The position numbers and the translations under genes were made by a program. Positions 27,162 through 35,990 of a stretch of 55,963 nucleotides of DNA are shown in pieces. The notes beneath the pieces are model-generated. The model did no database searches, had not been told where the DNA came from, and worked only from the letters and a program-made list of their open reading frames with translations. This stretch comes from a virus (taxonomy: Duplodnaviria > Caudoviricetes), in IMG/VR virus record IMGVR_UViG_3300022697_000058, positions 1 to 55,963 of that record; one strand, 5' to 3'. Each line of letters begins with the position of its first letter. Positions within the stretch are counted from its first letter, which is position 1.

Positions 27162-27940
27162 AAGAAAACTGGAAACAGATTTTAGTTTGGGTTGGCTTGA
27201 TTGAAGGTCAATACGTAAACGATCCGCGAGACCCCGGCGGACCGACGAACATGGGCATCACGAACCGGACCTATGACGCGTGGCTCGGGCATCACCGCGA
27301 CGTTAAACTGATTACCAAAGATGAGGCCGCAAAAATCCTCAAAACGCAATATTTCGATACGGTGAAAGGGGGTGATCTGCCCGCCGGTCTGGATTACGCG
27401 GTTGTGGATTTCGCGATCAACTCGGGGCCAGCCACGGCGATCAAGTATTTGCAGCGGCAACTTGGCGTTGCGGCTGATGGGGTGATTGGCTTGCACACGC
27501 TCGATGCGGTTGACGGGATCGCCGACCTGCCTTCGTTCATTACCGCGTATTGCGAGGCGCGGCTGGCATTTATGAAACGTCTCAAGGGGTGGGGCCGGTT
27601 CGGAAGGGGATGGGAAAAGCGCGTCATGGGTAAGATCAAGGGAGTGCAGACCGGCGATATTGGCGTTGCTGATCGTGCTGCTGCTATGGCGCGCGGCGCG
27701 AAAAATATCCCTGCGCCTATCGCCCCCACCAAAGGCAAGGCAATCGGCCCCGTGAAATCCACCGCAAGCCTCACGGACGCCCTCAAGAACCCACAGGCAA
27801 TAACTGCCGTTGGCGGCGCGCTTGGCTCTGTAGCGGCTGTTTCGAGTGGCACTGGTCCGGTGCAATATGCCCTTGCTGCGGTGATGGTGCTGGCCGCTGT
27901 TGCGGGCGTGGTTATGCTGGTACGGCGGGATGGTGTTTAA
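27158..27940 (+). CDS. Endolysin, glycoside hydrolase family 108 + PG_binding_3, with hydrophobic C-terminal tail
   Basis: EGQYVNDPRDPGGPTNMGIT; LPAGLDYAVVDFAINSG; ADGVIG..T; FGRGWEKRV. Confidence 0.9.
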   Translation: MKENWKQILVWVGLIEGQYVNDPRDPGGPTNMGITNRTYDAWLGHHRDVKLITKDEAAKILKTQYFDTVKGGDLPAGLDYAVVDFAINSGPATAIKYLQRQLGVAADGVIGLHTLDAVDGIADLPSFITAYCEARLAFMKRLKGWGRFGRGWEKRVMGKIKGVQTGDIGVADRAAAMARGAKNIPAPIAPTKGKAIGPVKSTASLTDALKNPQAITAVGGALGSVAAVSSGTGPVQYALAAVMVLAAVAGVVMLVRRDGV

Positions 27941-28152
27941 TGTTCATAATCATCGTTTCATTCTGCGTGACCGTAAACGGTGGGCCGCTGCAATGCACGT
28001 CATTTGTGCAGGACAACCGGTCGGCAACGCTGGCAGATTGCAAGGTCCGGCGCGTGAATAACGTTTACGGGCTGGCGGCGATCACAACCGCCAAGCACGA
28101 GCGGCTGATCTGGGCCAAGGTGTCGTGTGAGGACGTGGGGATGGACGGATGA
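27940..28152 (+). CDS. Small Cys-containing hypothetical protein
   Basis: 70-aa ORF coupled to neighbours. Confidence 0.5.
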   Translation: MFIIIVSFCVTVNGGPLQCTSFVQDNRSATLADCKVRRVNNVYGLAAITTAKHERLIWAKVSCEDVGMDG

Positions 28153-28511
28153 TCCGCCTCATCCTAAAATGGCTCACGGGTGGGGTGCTTGACCGCATCC
28201 TGTCCACCGTTGACGCCAAGATCAAGAGCGAGACTAATCGTGAAAAGATCAAGGGCGACATTATCATGGAGCATATGCGGACCCGTATCGGCTGGATGCA
28301 AGCTGGTGGTTTCTGGACGCTGATGCTGTTTGCCGTGCCGACAGCTTTTCACTACGGCTTTGTGACGGTGTATTCGTCATTCTGGTGCAAGCTGTGCATG
28401 TATCCGGTCGGCTGGTCTGTGGCGGCCCTCCCTGAGCCAATGGCGTCATGGGAAGGCTACATTGTGCTAGCATCAATCGGCGGGCTTAGTTTGTTGGGGT
28501 TGCGGCGGTAG
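28149..28511 (+). CDS. Putative holin
   Basis: Amphipathic N-terminus, TM segments, basic C-terminus; last gene of lysis cassette. Confidence 0.6.
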   Translation: MIRLILKWLTGGVLDRILSTVDAKIKSETNREKIKGDIIMEHMRTRIGWMQAGGFWTLMLFAVPTAFHYGFVTVYSSFWCKLCMYPVGWSVAALPEPMASWEGYIVLASIGGLSLLGLRR

Positions 28512-28550
28512 GCCGTTCGCACGGGCAAACGTCACGGCGTTGGTAATGGG

Positions 28551-28802
28551 TCATCCCCAATTATCCTTTAGCGACTGCGCGGCGAAGACGCTTAGCCGTG
28601 CCGATACACCACTATGCCCCGGCATTGAATTTTCCAGCTCTAGACTTGCTCGTTCGTCGCACTCTCGTGAGCAAACATGGCCACCGTAAAAATTGGATTT
28701 GCAGCGCTTGCCGGTTTCAGGCACCCAAGCGAGTTTCCCGGTGTGGTATGGGTGGCCGTCTAATACTTTGCCACACCCACGGCATTTAAGCATATCTGTC
28801 AT
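28551..28802 (-). CDS. Zn-ribbon hypothetical protein
   Basis: CRGCG...CSREC. Confidence 0.6.
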   Translation of the reverse strand: MTDMLKCRGCGKVLDGHPYHTGKLAWVPETGKRCKSNFYGGHVCSRECDERASLELENSMPGHSGVSARLSVFAAQSLKDNWG

Positions 28803-28938
28803 TTCATTCCCATCCTGTTACATCTGTCGCTCATCGCGGCAGCATCCCGCCAAGCGGAAACTCCTGCCCGCTCGCCATATGGATCAAGCTGTTCTTGATG
28901 GTTAGTTAGATGTTCGATGGCACCTTTAAGCTCATCGG

Positions 28939-29292
28939 TCATGGTTTCATCCTCCTAAATCTATATTGCCAGTCGGCTTCGCATAGTTCTTTAGCCTCAC
29001 CTTCGGTTGATTCGTATCCTAGAACAATATGGTTCCTATCACCCCAAGAATCTGTAAACACAACCTGTAGCCATTTGTTGTGCAACTTGCGCTGACCGGT
29101 ATCCCTATTGAACACAGAATATAGGCCAAGTGGGGTTTCCGCCTCAAGGTTGTAATCTGTATCTACCCAAACCAAAGGCTTGGCTTGAATTTCCAAAGCC
29201 TCCGCCGCCTCATCGCAGAGGTGCCACAGTTGCCGATAGTTACTAAGTGGGTAAAGCCTCGCACCCCGCAGGCGAGTGATTAAGTCAGTCAT
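28939..29292 (-). CDS. Hypothetical protein
   Basis: GGAGG RBS; MTDLITRLR...EAAEALE phage-type N-terminus. Confidence 0.6.
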   Translation of the reverse strand: MTDLITRLRGARLYPLSNYRQLWHLCDEAAEALEIQAKPLVWVDTDYNLEAETPLGLYSVFNRDTGQRKLHNKWLQVVFTDSWGDRNHIVLGYESTEGEAKELCEADWQYRFRRMKP

Positions 29293-29450
29293 TGTTCATC
29301 ACCTCCCTGACGGTTATTACTGGTCCGGCAGAGCACTCGTCGCAATAATCTCGGTCGCCGTAAATTTCCGCTTGCACACCGCCGTTTTTCAGTGTCGCCA
29401 AATACCACACCCTCGGATCGCGGGGCTTGGGCTTCTGGCGGTAGGTTAGG

Positions 29451-29774
29451 TTAGTCATTGTTCAAATCCTTCCATTTTTGCAGGGCGTTACGAGCGATGC
29501 GCTGGCCGTTGAAAAACTTAGATGCAAAATAGTTGGCGCGTTCTTCGGCAGACCAAGACAACTCAGAGCCGCGTGTTGGTTTGGCTATTTTTTGCAACGC
29601 TTCTTCTGCCACTTCCAGCTTTGCCAGCGCAACCGTTGCCGCTTCAAGGGCGTCCTGCGCTTGTCCCGCGCTGGCGAGGGCTTGCATTTGGGCTTCCTTG
29701 AGCTGTTCCCGTGCATCATCCCGCTCTTGGCATACTCGGTCGAGGGCGGCGGCCCATTCGTTATCGGTGGTCAT
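29451..29774 (-). CDS. Coiled-coil hypothetical protein
   Basis: ERDDARE, EEALQKIA...IARNAL; coupled ORFs. Confidence 0.6.
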   Translation of the reverse strand: MTTDNEWAAALDRVCQERDDAREQLKEAQMQALASAGQAQDALEAATVALAKLEVAEEALQKIAKPTRGSELSWSAEERANYFASKFFNGQRIARNALQKWKDLNND

Positions 29775-30058
29775 TCTCTCGGCCCTTTCGTTTTCATCAG
29801 CGCGTCATAGAGACACTGCTCCGGCCCGGTCATCATATCCCGCGCTTCCGGCTTCAAATTCCAGACCCTCATTGACGCCTCGTAGCGCCCGCCGGTTTCG
29901 CTTGGCGGCTTCATTAGGCATTGGTATGTGTCACACAGTAACGCGTGAGCCTCAAACAGCGCATCCATTTGCCGGTCTTTCTTTGCACTCGCACCTTTGC
30001 ACTCGCACCTTTGCCCATGCGCGGACGCCATACAGCACGGTTCCATTGTTTGCTTCAT
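29771..30058 (-). CDS. Hypothetical protein
   Basis: Likely start MKQTMEPCC; overlaps next stop. Confidence 0.45.
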   Translation of the reverse strand: MKQTMEPCCMASAHGQRCECKGASAKKDRQMDALFEAHALLCDTYQCLMKPPSETGGRYEASMRVWNLKPEARDMMTGPEQCLYDALMKTKGPRE

Positions 30059-30059
30059 C

Positions 30060-30254
30060 TCACCAATCCTCCATGTCCGCGTAATCGACCAGCAGGAACA
30101 CATTCCCACGGCCCCGCCAATCCATCGCGTCCTGCACGCAGATTGACACCGCCAGCAATGCACCGGTATCGTCCCGCAGCGCCCATTTCCAGCCCATCTT
30201 GAACAATTCTTGGTTGGTTGAGTGTATCATTTGGTTGCTGGTATCAGGCATCAT
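30060..30254 (-). CDS. Hypothetical protein
   Basis: 64-aa ORF in packed minus-strand operon. Confidence 0.45.
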   Translation of the reverse strand: MMPDTSNQMIHSTNQELFKMGWKWALRDDTGALLAVSICVQDAMDWRGRGNVFLLVDYADMEDW

Positions 30255-30263
30255 CCCAAATCC

Positions 30264-30527
30264 TTACTCACAAGCGCCGCGACCAAACCGAACGCGCCGA
30301 ATGCCCCGCCGATCAACAGCCATCCCCAAAAACTGCGGCCCTTTTGCGTCGCCACATAGCCGGTTAAAACTGCCAGCATGATCCAGATTACGATTAGCAT
30401 TTTCTTTTCTCCGTTTGATAAGTTGCACCGCCAGCCCCTTGATCGCGGCCCGTTGATCCGGCGCTAGGTCGCGGGTTGGTGGCCACGCATACCCAAGTCG
30501 GCGCTCGATGTTTTGGCGGGCGGTCAT
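30264..30527 (-). CDS. Hypothetical protein
   Basis: Start MTARQ overlapping upstream stop. Confidence 0.45.
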   Translation of the reverse strand: MTARQNIERRLGYAWPPTRDLAPDQRAAIKGLAVQLIKRRKENANRNLDHAGSFNRLCGDAKGPQFLGMAVDRRGIRRVRFGRGACE

Positions 30528-30820
30528 ATCAGCCCGTCGATTTCGCACCGGATAGAATATCTCCGCCATTTAGAAACCTTTCTCTTTTTATCCCTGAGGC
30601 CATCGCTAGATATTGATATTTTAACCCCCTCATCCAACAACATATCCACAATGGCCACCATGTCGGTATATTCCTCCGACAGCCGCTGCTCGTTGTTTAG
30701 AGGGGATTTTGGGTATCTCTCCGTTGGCCCGAATTGGGCCGTTTTTAAGGCCATTTGAGCGACTTCTGTTGCCTCCTCTGCTAGTTTAACCAGCAGATAT
30801 TGCTTTGTAGAAAAGGCCAT
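30524..30820 (-). CDS. MazG-like NTP pyrophosphohydrolase
   Basis: LVKLAEEATEVAQ...LSEEYTDM (EExxE...ExxD). Confidence 0.7.
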   Translation of the reverse strand: MAFSTKQYLLVKLAEEATEVAQMALKTAQFGPTERYPKSPLNNEQRLSEEYTDMVAIVDMLLDEGVKISISSDGLRDKKRKVSKWRRYSIRCEIDGLI

Positions 30821-30824
30821 AATA

Positions 30825-31049
30825 TCAACGATACCCCGGCTTGCCCGCGAGGCCGCAGTAGCCATCGAAGGGCTGTGTCGGCAGGTCAAATTCTACGCCG
30901 CTCGTGGTGGTGTATTCTGCCGCATCCCATGCCTTCACGGCGGGTTTGACTGTCAGCCATCGCCAAGCCATGCATTTTGATGCCGTGCATCGGTCCGCCC
31001 CGTGATCTTTTTGCATACAATACATCGTCTTCGCTTCATCTTCGGTCAT
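30825..31049 (-). CDS. Cys-rich hypothetical protein
   Basis: MTEDEAKTMYC..CTASKCMAWRW..GYCGLAGKP. Confidence 0.65.
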   Translation of the reverse strand: MTEDEAKTMYCMQKDHGADRCTASKCMAWRWLTVKPAVKAWDAAEYTTTSGVEFDLPTQPFDGYCGLAGKPGYR

Positions 31050-31188
31050 TTTTATTTCCCTTCCATTTTTGTGCCACTGACAGGTTGCCCATGTCTACCA
31101 GCGGCGTGAATCCGACGCATATTTTCGTTGCAAGGGGTGCGCCGGTGCCTATCCCCGACTGGCCCTTGGGGCTTAAGATGCAGGCAGG

Positions 31189-31512
31189 TTAATCACCCCT
31201 CAGAGCGCTCTCAACAGCGGCAAACAGGGCTTCCTTGTAGTCAGAACAGCTATCGTTCCCCGCCCTGAACTCGAAAGAAAACTGAAACTCGTCTTTTGGG
31301 TGTCGAATGGAAATTACCGTGATGCCCGATTGCAGGGGCTTGGCTTGTCGAATGGCGTTCTTGACGCCTTCAGCGAGGAAACTGTGCCACGGATGCCCTT
31401 CGCTGTCGGGTTCTGCAATCCAGTCGTCAATCTGGTCAATCACGGTTTCTGTGCCGTAATGCTCGATGTGCCACATCAGGTTGGCCATTGCGTCGTGTAT
31501 GTCGGTTGTCAT
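31189..31512 (-). CDS. Hypothetical protein
   Basis: ORF immediately downstream of the GapR-like gene. Confidence 0.55.
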   Translation of the reverse strand: MTTDIHDAMANLMWHIEHYGTETVIDQIDDWIAEPDSEGHPWHSFLAEGVKNAIRQAKPLQSGITVISIRHPKDEFQFSFEFRAGNDSCSDYKEALFAAVESALRGD

Positions 31513-31513
31513 G

Positions 31514-31795
31514 TTACATTCCCAGCGCTTCACAATATAAGGCCAAGACGGCATCTTCTTCCGCCACGTCCTGCGGGTCGCGCTTTCTGAGGGCGATCAC
31601 CTTACGCAAAACCTTAGTATCGTAGCCCCGCCCCTTGGCCTCGGACATTACTTCCTTCTGCTGGTCGGCAATATCGCGCTTCTCGGCATCCAGCCGTTCA
31701 AACCGCTCAATGAAGGCCCTTATTTCTGACGATGTGGCGCGGTATGTGTCACCGCTGTTATGGCCCGTTCCGGGTTGTGTCGGTTGTTCTGTCAT
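31514..31795 (-). CDS. gapR: GapR / DUF2312 nucleoid-associated protein
   Basis: IRAFIERFERLDAEKRDIADQQKEVMSEAKGRGYDTKVLRKVIALRK...LYCEALGM. Confidence 0.92.
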   Translation of the reverse strand: MTEQPTQPGTGHNSGDTYRATSSEIRAFIERFERLDAEKRDIADQQKEVMSEAKGRGYDTKVLRKVIALRKRDPQDVAEEDAVLALYCEALGM

Positions 31796-31858
31796 GGGTT
31801 CTCTCCGTTGCTTCCTATCGCCGCCCCCTGCTTCCAAGGGGCGAATTAGAAAGCCGCG

Positions 31859-32848
31859 CTATTCCGCTGCTGCCGCCACTTCGGCCATCAATTGCTGGTG
31901 CAACTGCGGCACACTTTCTTTCATCTGCTCGATCTGGGCCGCATACATATCAACAACTTCGTTGGGGTCGGTCGCGTCCATCAGGTCGTTGACGATGGTG
32001 TTATAGAGTTCTTGAAACTGTTCCATGTCGGGGTGGGGCGCCTCAAGAATCTCGCCTGTGTCGGGATCGTGGTCGGGTGTTTCCGCTTCGGCCTTGGTGC
32101 GCTGTTCTTCGTCACGCTTCTGGGCCACACGCTTTGCCTCGTCGTCAAGCGCCTTATCGGCGGCAGGGTTTGGTTTAGGCTCGGCCTTGGGCTTTGGCGC
32201 CGATTTTGGCTTGTCGATCACAATGCTGGCGTCGGGTATTTTTTCCGGCATGGGCGCGCTGTGCCTCATAACTGCATCTTCAGGCGTTATATCCCTCATG
32301 CCAAATTCGACTTCAACCTGTGCCGGGACGCCGACCATGACTTCAGGGCAGTAAAGCCGTATCAAGAACGTGGCCGACCTGTAACGCAACATTTGTTGCG
32401 GCATGGATTTATATTTTTGGTTTTTAGTCCACCCTTCGGCTTTCGCCATAGCCATATCACACGTTGCTTCAACGCGCTGCCCCGTTGCCGCGAGTTCTGC
32501 AAATGCCGTTATTGACAGATTATCGCCTTCGCCGGAAATGTCCCAATTTATCGGGTTTTTGAATACCCCATGCTGGTTCGCCTTGCCTATCATGTAGCTG
32601 GAAGACCACCCCGGCTTTCCGCTCACAAAATAGATATTCTGAGCCACGGTTAGAGGATCTTCGCCGAGGCGCGCGGCCATGTTCATCACGAGGACTGCAT
32701 TGGCTATTGCCGTTTCTTTTGTCCCTTTGCGTAACGCCTCGGGGAAAAGTTGAGACATCGCCAGCATTTGGCCGACGCGCTGCATGTGATCAAAAGCGGC
32801 GGGGTCCATTAAGAGGGACTGGCCTTTGGTTTTTACAAGTTGGTTCAC
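31859..32848 (-). CDS. RecT-like single-strand annealing protein
   Basis: DPLTVAQNIYFVSGKPGWSS; MAKAEGW..KYKSMPQQMLRYRSATFLIRLYCPEVMVG; acidic tail. Confidence 0.75.
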   Translation of the reverse strand: MNQLVKTKGQSLLMDPAAFDHMQRVGQMLAMSQLFPEALRKGTKETAIANAVLVMNMAARLGEDPLTVAQNIYFVSGKPGWSSSYMIGKANQHGVFKNPINWDISGEGDNLSITAFAELAATGQRVEATCDMAMAKAEGWTKNQKYKSMPQQMLRYRSATFLIRLYCPEVMVGVPAQVEVEFGMRDITPEDAVMRHSAPMPEKIPDASIVIDKPKSAPKPKAEPKPNPAADKALDDEAKRVAQKRDEEQRTKAEAETPDHDPDTGEILEAPHPDMEQFQELYNTIVNDLMDATDPNEVVDMYAAQIEQMKESVPQLHQQLMAEVAAAAE

Positions 32849-32876
32849 TTTGTTTTCTCCTTACTGTTACTGCCGA

Positions 32877-33668
32877 TCAGGCAATGCTTGTGGTTTCGGT
32901 GATTTTGACGCCGGGGATTTTGTCGTCAAGGGTAAACCCTGCGGTGTTGGCTTCGGCGTTGGCGAGCCGCTGCAAAACGTCCCTCACTTCCGGCGCTTCT
33001 TGCATGTGCAGGAATAAAGCGCGGATATTGGTTATTTCGCAAACCTTGCGCTTGCGCTGCGATATGGTGCGCCCGCCACCTGACGCGCTTTTTACCGCCA
33101 CGCTGACAGGCTTCGCTGCTGCCTTGGCTTGCTTCGCTGCTGCCTTTTCGGCCTTCTCGGCATCGACCTGATCCTCAATCCTCTCAGACTGCGCGGCATC
33201 AAACGCCTTGCGCCTTGCATCGTCCTCGGCCTGTTTGGCCTTAGCGATAGCCTCTTGGCGCTTCGCCTCGTCCTCAGCCGCCCGTTTGGTGATGTATGCC
33301 TCAAGTCGAGGCTTTAATGTCTTTGCGGAGGCCTCAATCAGTCCCTTCAAGGCGTTGAACGCGGCATCGACCTCTTTGCCTTTTTTTATGTAAGGCTCTT
33401 TGGCCGACTTGCGCGCATCCTCCACGGACTTATGGACCTTACGCAGACCCGCTATTTGGTCGGCGATTTGCTCGGCCAGTGTCTCGGTGGTAATCTCGAT
33501 CTTTACCCACTGGTTTGACACCGCCAAAAAATCATCGGTTTTCTTTTTCAGGGTGTCAAAAACATCTTCATCATAAGGCATCGGCTCGGGAGGGTTGTTC
33601 CCGCCGATCCCTGTATTCAGGTTTGGCCCTGCGTCAATCGGGTCGTCGGGGAGCGTTGGTTCTATCAT
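32877..33668 (-). CDS. Coiled-coil protein of recombination module (Gam/Gp157-like candidate)
   Basis: GIGGNNPP; EDARKSAKEPY..GKEVDAAF; IPGVKITE ending. Confidence 0.5.
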   Translation of the reverse strand: MIEPTLPDDPIDAGPNLNTGIGGNNPPEPMPYDEDVFDTLKKKTDDFLAVSNQWVKIEITTETLAEQIADQIAGLRKVHKSVEDARKSAKEPYIKKGKEVDAAFNALKGLIEASAKTLKPRLEAYITKRAAEDEAKRQEAIAKAKQAEDDARRKAFDAAQSERIEDQVDAEKAEKAAAKQAKAAAKPVSVAVKSASGGGRTISQRKRKVCEITNIRALFLHMQEAPEVRDVLQRLANAEANTAGFTLDDKIPGVKITETTSIA

Positions 33669-33680
33669 CTTTCGATTCCT

Positions 33681-34061
33681 TTATATTTGTGGAGAGGTCG
33701 GCTCGGCGCCGAGGTCAACAGCATGATTAACGTCCATCATCCGGCTATCTCTCAGGCGGTAATCCATAAGGTGTTCAAACTCTTTTTTGGTAATTGGGCT
33801 GAGATACGTCCATATCTCGATAGGGCTGGCATCAATCCCCTCAATCTCAGCGTGAAGCGTTTCATCTGACGCGAGTTCGCCATTCTCGTCAATCTCCTGA
33901 TCGCACCAGATAGTTACCGGCACCCACGGGCCATTCTTAACCCGTCGCATTTTGAACCATCCACACTCGGGCAATCCATCATGGCGGGCAGGGTTTTCGC
34001 CCCGCATAAAGGCCCTGTGCCACGCCAATAGCCGCATGACGGGTGTCGGCTGGCGTATCAT
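33681..34061 (-). CDS. Hypothetical protein
   Basis: PECGWFKMRRVKNGPWVPVTIW motif. Confidence 0.65.
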   Translation of the reverse strand: MIRQPTPVMRLLAWHRAFMRGENPARHDGLPECGWFKMRRVKNGPWVPVTIWCDQEIDENGELASDETLHAEIEGIDASPIEIWTYLSPITKKEFEHLMDYRLRDSRMMDVNHAVDLGAEPTSPQI

Positions 34062-34279
34062 CGTTTCCGCATCCTCTCAGCCGCCCGTTCGGCATTTTCA
34101 GCTTGCCTCAATTCTTTATCGACTTGCTCTTGACGCCACGCCTTTGCCGCCTTTGCGGCTTGCATGGCTGTGTCGCCGCGAAAGATCATGGGTATGCCGG
34201 AAATCAGGGCGATGTATTTTCCGCCATCCTGCATCGGTGAATAGGTCATTATCGACCGATTAAGAAACGGGTGCGTCAT
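34058..34279 (-). CDS. Hypothetical protein
   Basis: Coupled ORF, start MTHPF. Confidence 0.5.
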   Translation of the reverse strand: MTHPFLNRSIMTYSPMQDGGKYIALISGIPMIFRGDTAMQAAKAAKAWRQEQVDKELRQAENAERAAERMRKR

Positions 34280-34464
34280 TCTCCTACCCTCACTGTTTGC
34301 TTGCCTGTGCCGCGACACGCGAAGCACGGCTCAAATATCTTGGTCCCGCGTTCTGTCGGCTCATATGCGCCGCCCTTACCGCCGCAGCGACGGCAGAAAT
34401 CATCGGTGACAATATCACGGGGGTTGCGTTTCGCGGACTGTGTGTGTAATTCTGCGTTTGTCAT
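34276..34464 (-). CDS. DnaJ-type Zn-finger small protein
   Basis: CRRCGGKG and CFACRGTG. Confidence 0.7.
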   Translation of the reverse strand: MTNAELHTQSAKRNPRDIVTDDFCRRCGGKGGAYEPTERGTKIFEPCFACRGTGKQTVRVGE

Positions 34465-34549
34465 ATCAGATCCTTAACATCTGGTTGGCTGGTCGGGTGG
34501 TGAGGCAAATCATCCGACCGCTTTACATTACCCCATACATACCGATAGT

Positions 34550-34819
34550 TCAAGAAAAATCAGGTGGCTTATCTGGCGGCTTGTCGCGCTCTATTTCGTC
34601 AAGAAGCGCTTGCCGTTCCCTGAAGGCGACCGGATATAAGAGGTTCGTGTCAGCATCAAGCAGGTGGTTGACGATCTTTGATCCCCGCGCCCGTGACCAT
34701 TCAAGGCGACTTACGCGGCATTCAGGGCTACAGTATTTCTGGTGGCCATGCACGGGGATGAATTCTATATTGCACTTGTGCCACTTACATCGGATCATGC
34801 GCCATTTGCGTTTGGTCAT
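34550..34819 (-). CDS. Zn-finger hypothetical protein
   Basis: CKWHKC...QKYCSPECR. Confidence 0.6.
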   Translation of the reverse strand: MTKRKWRMIRCKWHKCNIEFIPVHGHQKYCSPECRVSRLEWSRARGSKIVNHLLDADTNLLYPVAFRERQALLDEIERDKPPDKPPDFS

Positions 34820-35337
34820 GTCGCCCTCCCCACCAGCCCGCGAATATCCTCAAGGTCAATGAATTCGTCGGCATTGCGCCGCAATCCGTCTGCGGCGCTC
34901 TTCTTGGCGCAACACACGGAAACGCGCACATTCATGCGCTTCAATTCCTTGACCAGAGGCTCATATGAACCATCGCCGGAAAAAAGAACGATATGGTCGG
35001 CTTTTTTTGCCAGCCGGATCGCGGCCAAGGTCACGTCAACGTGGATATTCCCGTTTTTAATGCGGAAACGCCCATTGTCATCCGCTTCCTTGCGGGCCGT
35101 CCGTGTGATGGTTGTAAAGCCATTATAGTCCAGCCAGTCAATCAGCGGGCGCAATGGGTTGTGTTCTCCTTCGTCCTCAAAAATAGGCGTGGCGTAAATC
35201 GCGCGGATTAAATGCCCCCTGTTTTGGAACTCAGTCAGGAAAGTGTGCCAGTCAATCTGCAAGTCGACAGACTGACTGGCGCTATGGATGGACGCCCCGT
35301 CGATAATTATGGCGAGCGCTTCATTTTTATAAAACAT
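34816..35337 (-). CDS. NYN / LabA-DUF88 PIN-fold protein with apparently degenerate active site
   Basis: MFYKNEALAIIIDGA, PLRPLIDWLDYNGFT, DHIVLFSGDGSY, LRRNADEFIDL. Confidence 0.88.
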   Translation of the reverse strand: MFYKNEALAIIIDGASIHSASQSVDLQIDWHTFLTEFQNRGHLIRAIYATPIFEDEGEHNPLRPLIDWLDYNGFTTITRTARKEADDNGRFRIKNGNIHVDVTLAAIRLAKKADHIVLFSGDGSYEPLVKELKRMNVRVSVCCAKKSAADGLRRNADEFIDLEDIRGLVGRAT

Positions 35338-35418
35338 GGCATTCCTTTTTAGTTAATCATGCAAATCGCATGGGAAATGCTTCTATGTGGCAGGAAGAAG
35401 CACGACCGATGCGGTCCA

Positions 35419-35718
35419 TTATGTGTCCTCACCTATTCCAAATTTCTCAACCATCTTTTCGGCGGCATCAACGCGGCGGCTCCACGATATGCACCGAACC
35501 GCTTTACCAGCTTCGCGGATAGCTTCGGCCTCGGCTTCATCCCGGATCAGCGGCAATGCAGCGTCAAGCAGGTTCGCCATGTGCATCAGGTAATAATACT
35601 GTGCGCCCCATGATTTCGCCAATTTATCGCCGGTCGACTGCATCCGCTCAATCTTGCCAAACGGGTCATTACCGGCGGGACGCTCATTCTCCACGATCCA
35701 TTGTTTTTCTAGGTCCAT
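35419..35718 (-). CDS. Hypothetical protein
   Basis: 99-aa ORF with GGAG upstream. Confidence 0.55.
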   Translation of the reverse strand: MDLEKQWIVENERPAGNDPFGKIERMQSTGDKLAKSWGAQYYYLMHMANLLDAALPLIRDEAEAEAIREAGKAVRCISWSRRVDAAEKMVEKFGIGEDT

Positions 35719-35739
35719 TATTCATTCTCCAATATAGTC

Positions 35740-35779
35740 GCGTGGCGGCAGGGACAGGGAGGAAACCCCGCCGCCACGC
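35740..35779 (-). ncRNA. Anti-Shine-Dalgarno loop hairpin (cuckoo/CcsR-like module)
   Basis: Minus strand GCGUGGCGGCGGGG-UUUCCUCCCUGU-CCCUGCCGCCACGC: 14-bp stem with one G-U. Confidence 0.55.
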
Positions 35780-35792
35780 TGCCCTCATCGCG

Positions 35793-35990
35793 TTATGCGG
35801 GGGCGTTCCGTTGTTTATCCCAAGCCGCGCGGCCAAGATCGTTTGCCAGTCGTTCAATATCGCCCGCTGGAAGCCTGTCGGCCATGATCAGGATCACATC
35901 GTATAGCCCCGCTGGATCAAGTTGCGATGCGCCGTCTAGCGCCATTCGGAGTGCCGGTTTCTGGACGGGGCGGATGCCGAACGCGTTCAT
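35793..35990 (-). CDS. Hypothetical protein
   Basis: 65-aa ORF with AAGG upstream. Confidence 0.5.
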   Translation of the reverse strand: MNAFGIRPVQKPALRMALDGASQLDPAGLYDVILIMADRLPAGDIERLANDLGRAAWDKQRNAPA

